A stretch of DNA of 64,000 bases from an uncultured Gemmatimonadales bacterium (lineage in GTDB: Bacteria; Gemmatimonadota; Gemmatimonadetes; Gemmatimonadales; GWC2-71-9), in the NCBI GenBank assembly GCA_963850655.1, contig CAWKMI010000017.1, positions 125,195-189,194 on the forward strand, in the 5' to 3' direction. Below, one piece after another: positions 1 to 8,872 of the stretch (position 1 is its first letter; each line of letters begins with the position of its first letter). The position numbers and the translations under genes are program-made. The notes below the pieces were generated by a model. The model did no database searches and was not told where the DNA came from. It worked only from the letters and a program-made list of their open reading frames with translations.

Positions 1-2
1 CG

Positions 3-875
3 ATGGAAGAACTGGCCAACACACATTTCCAGGCCGGCCGGTACGACGTCTCCGACTCGCTGAATCGACGGGTCCTGGCGATGAACCGCACCCTGCATGG
101 CGACGATCATCCCACCGTGGCCGACGTGCTGATCAACCTGGGCGCAATCCAGTTTCAGCGAGGCAACTACGTCGAGGCCGAGCGCTTTGACCGGGAAGCG
201 CTGAAAATCGATACCGACTGGTACGGGGCTGACCATTTCGAGACAGCATCCGCGATGACGCTGGTCGGCCGGGCGCTGGTCTATCAGAAACGCTACCCGG
301 AAGCCGTCGGGATTCTCCGGCAGTCCCTGGCAATTCAGGAGCAGGTGAATGGCCCGATGCATCCCCGAGTCGCGTCCGCCCTCAACGACCTCGGCGTGGC
401 GGCCACCATGGGTGGACAGTACGACGAGGCCGAGGCAGACTTCCGTCGGATGGACGCGATCTACCACAAGGTGTTCGGCGACCACCATTACCTGATCGCG
501 CTCGCCCGCGCAAACCTCGCCACGGTCTTCCTCGAGCGGAAGGAGTACGCCCGGGCCGAGAAGCTGTTTCGCGAAGTGGTCGCCCGCTATGCCGACACCC
601 AAGGGGCGACGCACATGAACACCGCCATCGCCCGCATCAAGCTGGGCCGGACCCTGCTGGCACAGCGCCGGTTCAAGGAGGCCGAGGTCGAAACTCTCGC
701 TGGGTACAACAGTCTCCGGAGCCAGACCTCGCCTGGCGTGAGCTGGCTGCGTGCCGCTCGCACGGATCTCGCCGCCGCCTACGACTCGCTTCACGAGCCG
801 GAAAAAGCGGCGGACATCCGGGAGGCGATGACCGAGACCGCCGCGAAGCCGCTCCCTGCACCCGGAGGAAACTGA
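3..875 (+). CDS. Tetratricopeptide (TPR_12-like) repeat protein, C-terminal part; 5' end lies outside the window
   Basis: The ORF is open at the window edge. It has tandem ~42-aa TPR-like repeats (VADVLINLGAIQFQRGNYVEAERFDREAL, ASAMTLVGRALVYQKRYPEAVGILRQSL, ASALNDLGVAATMGGQYDEAEADFRRM). Stop at 873-875. Confidence 0.7.
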   Translation: MEELANTHFQAGRYDVSDSLNRRVLAMNRTLHGDDHPTVADVLINLGAIQFQRGNYVEAERFDREALKIDTDWYGADHFETASAMTLVGRALVYQKRYPEAVGILRQSLAIQEQVNGPMHPRVASALNDLGVAATMGGQYDEAEADFRRMDAIYHKVFGDHHYLIALARANLATVFLERKEYARAEKLFREVVARYADTQGATHMNTAIARIKLGRTLLAQRRFKEAEVETLAGYNSLRSQTSPGVSWLRAARTDLAAAYDSLHEPEKAADIREAMTETAAKPLPAPGGN

Positions 876-885
876 GCGTGCCGGG

Positions 886-2004
886 CTAGGACCTGATCAC
901 CGTTGGCAGTCGCTGGGCAACTGGTGGCAGCACCGGGAAGGCAGTGGCCGGCTGGTCCTGATACCAGTAGGCGCAGGAGTAGAAGTTGTCGGCACGGTTG
1001 TTGGCGTGGCCGTGTTCCATGGTGTGCTTCAGCGACCGCGTGAACGTCACCGGGTTGTCCCCGTGGAAGCGGTACAGACAATACCGCCCGCCGGTGCGCT
1101 CGGGGCTCTGAATCAACGGCGCGCCGTACTGGTGGTAGGCAAATGGGTGCGCGTTCTGTCGCCCCCCGAAATTCCAGCTTCCCAGGAAGTAGTCCTCGGA
1201 TCCCGTCCCGATGATGATCGGCTGTGCTGGATCGTCGACGAAGATCATGTCGTCGCCTTCGCCCCACCACCCCTCGGCGTTCTGCACCACGCCGAGCGTG
1301 ACTCCCATCAGGTGACCGCGTCCCCGCGTTTCGCAGTAGACATAGTTGGTGGCGCCATTGGGGTTCTTGCCGTCGGCAAGTTGCTGCGCGACGTTCGGGG
1401 TGGCCTGGCGATACTGGGCGTGAAAGTACATCGCGTCGACCGGTACGGCATCGGCCTCGAGGTAGTCGATGTTGGAATAGAACGCCCCGACATCCCGGCT
1501 GCCCTCGTTGGTGACCGTGAAACGCGCCCCGCGGCGATACGGCATGGCGAAGTAGCAGTTCAGGGATTGCCCAGGTGAGCACGCGAGGTATTCGCTCTCA
1601 TAGAGCACATAGTCGCCGAGATTCAGCCCGAAGAAATCGCCGATTGGCACCTCGATGCTGGGCTGGTCCTGGCCATCCCAGTAGCCCCGCATCACCAGCT
1701 CCTTGAGGTGCAACGAGCTGCCCGCAGAAATGGTGAACCAGATGTGCGAGATCACCCCCGCCCCGGTGGCGTTGAAGATCTCCTTGGTGGCACCAGCCTT
1801 GATGCCCCAGGCATCGCCGTTGCCACCCGTCACGTCATGGCTCGACTGCTTCCGCGAGCGGTACTGCTGGCTGCGCGCATAGGGCGGCAGCCACTCCGAC
1901 ACACCCGCCGCCTGATCCTGCGCCGCCACCGGATCGACCAGCCCTGACAAGCCGGCCAGCCCCGCCCCACTCACCAGGGATTTCACGAACAGTCGTCTCG
2001 ACAT
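886..2004 (-). CDS. DUF2961 / GH172-family glycoside hydrolase, Tat-type leader
   Basis: Intact 372-aa ORF with a twin-arginine-style leader (MSRRLFVKSLVSGAGLAGLSGLVDPVAAQ). DUF2961-type motifs recalled from memory: WWGEGDDMIFVDD and IIGTGSEDYFLGSWNF. Confidence 0.75.
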   Translation of the reverse strand: MSRRLFVKSLVSGAGLAGLSGLVDPVAAQDQAAGVSEWLPPYARSQQYRSRKQSSHDVTGGNGDAWGIKAGATKEIFNATGAGVISHIWFTISAGSSLHLKELVMRGYWDGQDQPSIEVPIGDFFGLNLGDYVLYESEYLACSPGQSLNCYFAMPYRRGARFTVTNEGSRDVGAFYSNIDYLEADAVPVDAMYFHAQYRQATPNVAQQLADGKNPNGATNYVYCETRGRGHLMGVTLGVVQNAEGWWGEGDDMIFVDDPAQPIIIGTGSEDYFLGSWNFGGRQNAHPFAYHQYGAPLIQSPERTGGRYCLYRFHGDNPVTFTRSLKHTMEHGHANNRADNFYSCAYWYQDQPATAFPVLPPVAQRLPTVIRS

Positions 2005-2031
2005 GGCCTGGTACCTCGCGCTAAGGGTGGA

Positions 2032-3000
2032 CTACTGCTTGGTGATCCGCTCCGTCGGCAGGGTGATCCGGTGCGGCACCTGTTCGCCATGCAGGATCTT
2101 CTCCGCAATCTCGACGGCCTCCTTGCCGCCAGTCGGATAAACGAAAGTGGCAGCAAGCTTGCCGTCGGCCACCGCCTGCCGGCCCCCATCGAGCCCGGGC
2201 AGTCCATCAATCCCGATGAACTTCATCTCCCCGTCGCGTCCCTTCGCCTTGGCCGCGAGGTAGGCCCCGATCGCCATCGGGTCGTTGTGCCCATAGACCA
2301 GGTCGATCCTGGCATTGGCCGCGAGTGCCGATTCCATCTGCGACATCGCCTCACCCCTGAGCCAGTTGGCCACCGGATCGTGCACGATGACGATGCCCGG
2401 GAACAGGGCGATCGCTTCCCGGAATCCCTCGCTCCGATCACGCGCCGGCGTCGAACCGGGCAATCCCTTGATCTCGACCACGTTGCCCTTCCCGCCGAGC
2501 AGGGTGGCCGCGTATTCCCCGGCCGCCTTGCCAATCTCCCGGTTGTTCGCTCCGATGAACGTGGTGTAGGAGTCGCCCTCGATCTCGCGGTCCAGGACGA
2601 TCACCGGGATCTTCTCCTCATACGCCCGTTGGACGATCGGAGTGAGCGGCTTCGCTTCGTTGGGCGAGATGATCAGCAGCTCGATCTTCTGTCGCAGAAA
2701 GCTCTCGACATCCGCGACCTGTTTGGAGTTATCCTGCTGCGCGTCAGCGTAGACAATTTCCAGATCAGGGAAGTCCTTGGCGCGAGCGGCGATGTCGGCG
2801 TTCATGGCCACCCGCCACGGCTCGCCCAGGTTCGCCTGCGAGAAACCGATCAGGTGCTTCCCCTGCGGCGCCCGGCTGCACGCCACCAGCAGCAGGGCTG
2901 CCCCGAGCAGGACCCGCCGGTACTCAGTCCGGATGGCGCCGCTGCAGCCAGACCGCCACCAGAATGATGACACCCTTGAGAATGAGCTGGAGATTGGCAT
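2032..3000 (-). CDS. Sugar ABC transporter substrate-binding protein (ribose/galactose type I PBP), probable lipoprotein
   Basis: 322-aa ORF with a lipobox-like LLLVAC. PBP type I features: IGFSQANLGEPWRVAMN, KIPVIVLDREI, FIGIDGLPG. The track start overlaps the permease stop by 77 nt, so the true start may lie further downstream. Confidence 0.8.
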   Translation of the reverse strand: MPISSSFSRVSSFWWRSGCSGAIRTEYRRVLLGAALLLVACSRAPQGKHLIGFSQANLGEPWRVAMNADIAARAKDFPDLEIVYADAQQDNSKQVADVESFLRQKIELLIISPNEAKPLTPIVQRAYEEKIPVIVLDREIEGDSYTTFIGANNREIGKAAGEYAATLLGGKGNVVEIKGLPGSTPARDRSEGFREAIALFPGIVIVHDPVANWLRGEAMSQMESALAANARIDLVYGHNDPMAIGAYLAAKAKGRDGEMKFIGIDGLPGLDGGRQAVADGKLAATFVYPTGGKEAVEIAEKILHGEQVPHRITLPTERITKQ

Positions 3001-3931
3001 CGACGTTGTTAAGCCCCATGCTGTTGTTGATCACACCGATCGTGAGGATTCCCACGAGGGTCCCGCCCACCGTTCCCACGCCACCGCTGAGATTGGTCCC
3101 GCCGATCACCACCGCCGCAATCGCGTCGAGTTCATAGGCCACGCCATCGTTGGGGTTGCCCTGCTCGAGCTGGGCGGCGTGCACCAGCCCGGCCAGGGCG
3201 GCGAGCGCGCCACAGATCACATACACGCCGGCCTTGTGGAATCCCACCCGGATGCCGGAAAGGCGGGCCGCTTCCTCGTTGCCACCAATCGCGTAGAGAT
3301 AACGCCCGCCGCGCGTTCTCGCGAGGTAGAGGTGGATCACCAGGGCCGAGACGATAAAGACCACGGCCGGGGTCGGGACATAGGGAAACAGCGGCCCCGC
3401 CAGCACGCGGACCGAGTCGGGCGCCGCGCCGGAGCCAAACCCGAGCGGGATCGCGCTTCCCCCGCTCAGGTAGCGCGCGGTACCCCGGGCGGCGCTCATG
3501 GTGGCGAGGGTCGCGATGAACGCCGGCAGGCGCCAGCGGGCGATCACCACCCCGTTGAGGAGTCCCCAGAGCGCGCCGCCGAGCAGCACGAGCAGCACGC
3601 TCGCCACCATGCCGACGCCGCCGCGCATCCAGAGCAATGCCGACAGCGTGGCACTGAAGGCGAGCACCGACCCGACCGACAGGTCGATTCCTCCAGCGAT
3701 CACCACTGCGGTCATGCCGACGGCGAGGATTCCCTTCTCTGACACCTGCCGGAGAATGTCGCTGAGATTGCCGAGGCCGAGGAAGACGAGTTCGCCCTGC
3801 CGGACCGGAGAGAAGATGACTGCCAACAGCACCACCAGCGCGAGGCCGAATCGGCCGGCGTGCCGTTGCAGCCGCGCGCGCCATCGCGCCGGACCCTGCG
3901 GCCGCATCGGCTCGGCGGAGGCAGCGCTCAT
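2924..3931 (-). CDS. Sugar ABC transporter permease (RbsC/AraH family)
   Basis: Intact 335-aa polytopic ORF with GGIDLSVGSV, RYLYAIGGNEEAARLSGI and GGTNLSGGVGTVGGTLVG. It lies directly upstream of the binding protein on the same strand. Confidence 0.85.
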   Translation of the reverse strand: MSAASAEPMRPQGPARWRARLQRHAGRFGLALVVLLAVIFSPVRQGELVFLGLGNLSDILRQVSEKGILAVGMTAVVIAGGIDLSVGSVLAFSATLSALLWMRGGVGMVASVLLVLLGGALWGLLNGVVIARWRLPAFIATLATMSAARGTARYLSGGSAIPLGFGSGAAPDSVRVLAGPLFPYVPTPAVVFIVSALVIHLYLARTRGGRYLYAIGGNEEAARLSGIRVGFHKAGVYVICGALAALAGLVHAAQLEQGNPNDGVAYELDAIAAVVIGGTNLSGGVGTVGGTLVGILTIGVINNSMGLNNVDANLQLILKGVIILVAVWLQRRHPD

Positions 3932-3935
3932 TCCG

Positions 3936-5610
3936 TCAGGCCCAGTACTCCCGAGGCTGATGTTGCTCGAGGGAGTCTTCGGGGGCCCCGCACAGGTTCA
4001 CGGCAATCCCCATTGCCCGGGCCATGCTGGCCTTACGGACCAGGGCGCGCATCGCCTGCTCGGCACTCTCGGCATAGGCCACGTGGATGTGATTGGCCTG
4101 GTGCTTGGCCATCAGCTGGTCCCGCGAGACACCGTAGAGCACCGCGTGCATGATCGGCCACTGGGGGGTCGTCGCCTGCCAGCGGCGTTCCGTTTCCTCA
4201 TCGGACAGCCGCACCACTCCCCCGCGACCGATATCCATGTGCAGCGCGTCCCCTGCGACGTAGATCCTGCTCCAGACGATCTCCCCCGGCCTGCTGATGC
4301 CCTTGAGGGTCGATCCCCCACGCGGGAAGTACATCGGAGGCTGGCGTTCCCCGGTGGCGCCGGCATATCCGCCAATGAAGTGCGACGCCGGCGCCGCGCC
4401 GGAAATCTCGAACAGCCACACGAACTCATTGACCCCTCGCTCGTGCACCGCTTCACCCCAGCGCACGTCATGCAGCGTGTTCGAAGGATCGAGGCCGAGG
4501 TCGCGCCAGACGCGATCGGTAATCAGGCCGTCGACGCCGGCGCACTCATCGACCTCGTTGAAGTGCGTGACCGCCCGGCCGGCGAACAGTATCGGCGCCG
4601 TCGCTGCCGAGGACCGGCGGACGGTCCGGGTTGTTGAGCAGGCCTTCGGCCAGGTCGGAAGCCACGCAGACATCCTTGAGTCCCTGCTGATACTGGATGC
4701 CGATCGCGCTGCAGCCGAAGTCATGCGGCAAGCCGGACGGCCGCGTCGTACATCCGCAGCCCTTCGAGCACCTGGCGCTCGGTGAGTTCGGTGGCCTCGT
4801 CGATCGCCCGAGGACGAACTGCATGCCGCGTCGGCCCAGCCAGTCGTAATGCCGCCTCGCCGCGGCATCGGGCACCAGGCTGCATCGCGGCATGGAGCGC
4901 GCTCTGGCTGAGGCGTTCCTTGAAGAGGCCGGTTGCGTGGAGCAGGTGGTCGGGAATGATGGCGTTGTACATCCCCATGCACCCTTCGTCGAAGACGCCG
5001 AGCAATCGCCTGGTCGCGCACGAGCGCTGCGCCGAGCGCCGCGCCCGCGTTCGCGATCCGACGGTGAAGGCGCGCACCGAGCGTGTCGTCAGTGAACGGC
5101 TGCACGTGCGAGCGATCGTGCCTGATCGTCCCGGTCCGGAGCCACTGGGCGATCGCGTTGCGCGCAAAGGTCGTCGGTGAAGTCCTCGCTCCAGATCGAG
5201 CTGTAGCGAATGCCGGCCTTGGTGAGCGAGCCGTTGAGGTTGAGCAGGCCCACCAGCCCCGGCCACTGGCCGCTCCAGTTGGCGAGCGTCAGGATCGGTC
5301 CGCGATGGCGCGTGAGCCCCGCGAGTACATGGCTGGTGTACTGCCACACCGCTTCCGCGACGACGAGCGGAGCGTCGGGATCGATCGCGCCGAAAGATCT
5401 CGATGCCGCGCGCCTGGCCGTCGATGAAGCCGTGGCCCTTCCGGGTCGACCGGGTGTCCGCGCACGACCGTGCGCGCCGAGCGCCGCGAAGCAGCGCGTA
5501 CCGCGTCTTCGAGCGCCTGCCTGGGCTGGCCAGCAGACGCGATTGGCGGAGAGGCGCGAATCGCCGCTGGCAACGAGGATGATCTCTGGATCAGCCGGCA
5601 TGCGGAGCAC
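3936..5610 (-). pseudogene. L-fucose isomerase-family sugar isomerase (Fucose_iso_C-like), multiply frameshifted
   Basis: Same-strand fragments 5089..5610, 4721..5347, 4546..4893 and 3936..5105 join into one protein if frames are switched. Segments: (V)[22 protein letters not shown] (GTG 5610 or ATG ~5601), [79 protein letters not shown], and the C-terminal [40 protein letters not shown]. There are at least 6 frame changes between ~4560 and ~5560; the last ~620 nt are clean. Confidence 0.6.
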
Positions 5611-8211
5611 TCACGGTCGAGAGGGACGATAGTCGATCTTCGACGTCGATGGTGCCCGGACTTCACGTCGAGGAACGGCTTGCCGCCCCGTACCCCGACC
5701 GTGCCGAAGCCGGTGGCCGTCGCGAGAAAGCTCCGGAAGTCGCCGGCGATGCGTGGCTCGAGGTGCAGGACCTTGTCCACGGCGTCGTAGCGGGCGCCGG
5801 TGAGGCCTGCAGCAGCGCGTAGGATGACATCGCCCGGGCGTACCAGTGGCCGCATTCGTATTCGTTGAACGGATTGCGCACCCGGCCGTCGTAGCGGTCG
5901 CGGCAGGTGCGCACGATCTCCAGGCCTTCCTTCACCAGTGCCCAGCAGCATCAGGTGCGAGGCGACCTGGTACTCGATGCCGGTCCAGACCTCGTTGGAA
6001 TAGACGAACGGCAGCGACAGCGCCCCGCCCTTGGGCCAGGTGCAGAGCAGCAGACCGCCTTCCTTGCCGCAGGCGTAGCTCGGCCGCTGCGGGTTGGCGT
6101 GCGCCGAGAGATCGGTCTTGAGATTGTAGCGATGGACCGACTGCGAGATGGCTGCGGACCTTGCCGGCATCGAGCACCTGGCCCACCCCGCAGACCAACG
6201 CCAGCCAGGAACCGAGCACGCCGTCGGACGAGGCAGCCGCTGCCGTACTGGTATTTCGGCCCTTCCTTCTCCAGGAGCGCACGCGCTTCGGGGGAGTAGT
6301 CACTCAGTCCCAGAAGCTCGTTCTCGAGTCGGCTCTCTGCGCGCGGAGGTCCTTCCACTCGACCTTCTGGATGAAGTACTCGCCGTCGAACAGCTCGCGC
6401 TCCGCCGCGTGCGGATGCCCGCTGTCGAGCAAGGTCCGCATAGGCCGGCACGTCGTCGCCGAGCGCCGTGCCCATCAGCACCGCGGCCTCGCAGCGCGCC
6501 GAGATAGAAGCTGGTGCACATGCCGTCCGGGCCCCAGAACTCGATGTCGTAGGTGTTGTGGTGCGGTTCCTCGACCCAGCCTTTGTGGCCGGGATCCCAG
6601 GTCGCGATGCAGTAGTCGAGGCTCGCCTTCACCTTCGGCCAGAGGCGTGCGCAGCCAGTCGGTGTCGCCGCTGATGCGCCAGTCGCGGTGGACCTTCATG
6701 ATGCCGCCGAGCTGGCCGTCGGCCGCGGCGTGGAAGTCGTGGACCTGCGGCCGGATCGGCAGCGCGGTGCGGAATGCCTGGTGCCCGCGCTCGTCCTGCG
6801 ACGGGCCGAACTCCGTCTCGCGCAGCGTCCGCTCGAGCGCGGGAAAGAGATGCGGGATCGCCTGGGCGTAGTTCCAGACGTGCGTGCAGGTGCCGGCGCA
6901 GCAGCCGTTGTCGTCGGCGCAGCCTTCCCAGGCCCAGAGCCGGCCGTCGGCCTGCCGCAGGACCGTGGGCGATTTGAGGATCGTGAGATTCGCCGGCCAC
7001 GGCCTCGACCACTTCCGGCGGCAGCGTCGTGTCGTAGAAGCAGTCGCTGAACCGCTCGGCTCGCGCGCGCAGGTCGTCATATTGCTCGCGCCAGTAGTCG
7101 CGTGACCTCCTCGATGTCGGCGAACCGTCCGGCGTACCAGGGACGATAGATCGCCGGCCGTCACGACCGGTGCGTGGCCGGCGGATCCTGCCCGATGCGG
7201 AGGTTGCGTCCGGCCGACATACCAGGCGAGCCGCACCGTGATGGTCTTCGATTCGCCCGGGCGCGAGGGCGAACGGCACGAAGAGCGTCGCGCCCGGGCG
7301 ACGGAGCGCCCTCGGTGACCGGCGGCGCGATCGATAGGCGCGCCCTTCGGCGACGTCCTTCCACGCCATGGTGAGCGGATCCCACCAGCCGCCGCGGAAC
7401 CAGGCGTGGTTCACCTTACCGCCGGATCGCTCGACCGTGGCGCGACAACGCCGCGTCTTCGCCAGGCCCGTCCTCCGGCGGCCCGGTCGAGCCAGAGGAG
7501 AAAGCCGCCCGGCAGTCGCGCGCACGGCCGCGATGGTCCTTGCCGTCGAGCGGCATGAAGTTCTGGCGTTGAAGGAGAAGACGGCTTCGACGGTACGCCG
7601 CGACTTGTTGGTGAAGCGATACTCCAGCGCCGGCGACCGGCAGGCTCGAGTTGTCGGCGTCGCCGGGCTCGAACGGACTCCAGCCGGTGATCTCGACCTG
7701 CAGCGGCACGCCGGATCGTGCAGCGTGAGACCGTGCCGAAGGGGAAACGGGCCGGTGAAGCTCGCCTCGCCGAAACGCGGCAGGCCGTACGAACGTGCCG
7801 CCGGCGCCGTTGCCGCGCCGCGCGGCCGAAGAGCTTCCAGCCCGGCACCGGGCCTTCGAGCACGCGCGCCACATCGGCGGCGCCCCTTGACGCGAAATCG
7901 CGGCGAAGATGCACGGCTCGTTGAACACTTCGGGATGGTTGCGCAGGGAGACATGCGACAGGGCGCCGCGTGCCTTCGAGGCAGATCATCCCCGCGCCAA
8001 TGCCGCCCAGCGGGAAGGCCACCCGGCTGAGGCGTGCTCCGTCGTACGTTCCGTTGAATGGTCGCGCCGGAAGGGCAGCGGCCGGCGGAGGGGCTTCCTC
8101 GGCGGCAAGTGCTTCTACGGTTGGCAGGGCGGCGCCGGCCGATCCGACGGCGCCGAGCGCCGCGGCAGAACGCTTGAGAAACTCGCGGCGCCGTACCGAA
8201 GAGTCATCCAT
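5611..8211 (-). pseudogene. GH116-family beta-glucosidase / glucosylceramidase-like enzyme, multiply frameshifted
   Basis: Fragments 7411..8265, 6629..7954, 6475..7236, 6300..6632, 5951..6481 and 5289..6170. Tat-like leader MDDSSVRRREFLKRSAAALGAVG (ATG 8211). N-domain FPLGGIGAGMICLEG. Catalytic-domain motifs GCCAGTCTHVWNYAQA and [16 protein letters not shown]. Probable stop ~5611-5613, abutting the isomerase start. Confidence 0.65.
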
Positions 8212-8228
8212 GGCAGACCTCAGGATCG

Positions 8229-8738
8229 CTAGTAGCCTTGACGCCAGCGCTGGAAAGCCTTCCACTGCTCCTTGCTCAACTGCCCCTTCACGAACTTGCT
8301 GTAGAAGTCCTCGTCGCCCTTCCGCACGCGATTGAGCAACTTGTCGTACATCTTGTTGAGCTTGGCTGGATCGCTGTTGACGAACTTGTCGAGGGCGGGA
8401 TTGGTTGCCCGGGCGTAGCCGAGCCCCGCCGCTGCGTGGGCCAGGGAGTCGCGCAGCGCCTCAGTGTGGAGAATGTGTGCGCGCCGGAAGTCCTCGAGGG
8501 CACTGAGCTGATCCGGCGTCAGCGAGAGAATTGTCTTCAGCGAATCGAAGGTGCCCGGCCCGGTGATATCCTCCTGGACCGGGAGGTTGGGCATCATGTT
8601 CATGCCTCCCATCCCGCCGCCACCCATCCCGCCGCCACCGCCACCGCCGCCACCCCCACCCTGGGCCGCAACACCGGACACCGGAAATCCGGCGGCGAGC
8701 AGGGCGAAGACTGCTGGAAGCACAAATCGAATTCGCAT
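8229..8738 (-). CDS. Secreted Gly/Met-rich periplasmic protein, Spy/CpxP/ZraP-like (LTxxQ-type motif); paralogue at 58857..59442
   Basis: Intact 169-aa ORF with signal peptide MRIRFVLPAVFALLAAGFPVSGVAAQ. It has a G11-MGGGGMGGMNMM tract, recalling the Gly/Met tail of ZraP, and an LSLTPDQLSALEDFRRAH motif. The family call is tentative. Confidence 0.5.
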   Translation of the reverse strand: MRIRFVLPAVFALLAAGFPVSGVAAQGGGGGGGGGGGMGGGGMGGMNMMPNLPVQEDITGPGTFDSLKTILSLTPDQLSALEDFRRAHILHTEALRDSLAHAAAGLGYARATNPALDKFVNSDPAKLNKMYDKLLNRVRKGDEDFYSKFVKGQLSKEQWKAFQRWRQGY

Positions 8739-8872
8739 GTCCAGATCCTCTGCAGCAGGTGGGTGGGCTGAACCGCGTGACCGCCCATCTGGAACAATAT
8801 GCCATCAATCCCGCCGGGCTTCCACCTGCCGTATGTGAGAGCTACTCTCTTCCATCCCCCGAGGAGGCTCGC

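Noticed and set aside
8600-8660. Tandem GGN/CCN repeats (also ~10180, ~11330, ~59320, ~61780) considered as a CRISPR array or microsatellite element
   Set aside because: They are in-frame poly-Gly/Arg coding tracts inside ORFs, with no spacer-repeat periodicity.
8790-8803. A sigma-54-like tggaac-N-tgc motif in the divergent region between the Spy-like gene and the BNR gene
   Set aside because: The GG-to-GC spacing is about 10 nt instead of the required 12, and the flanking consensus is poor.
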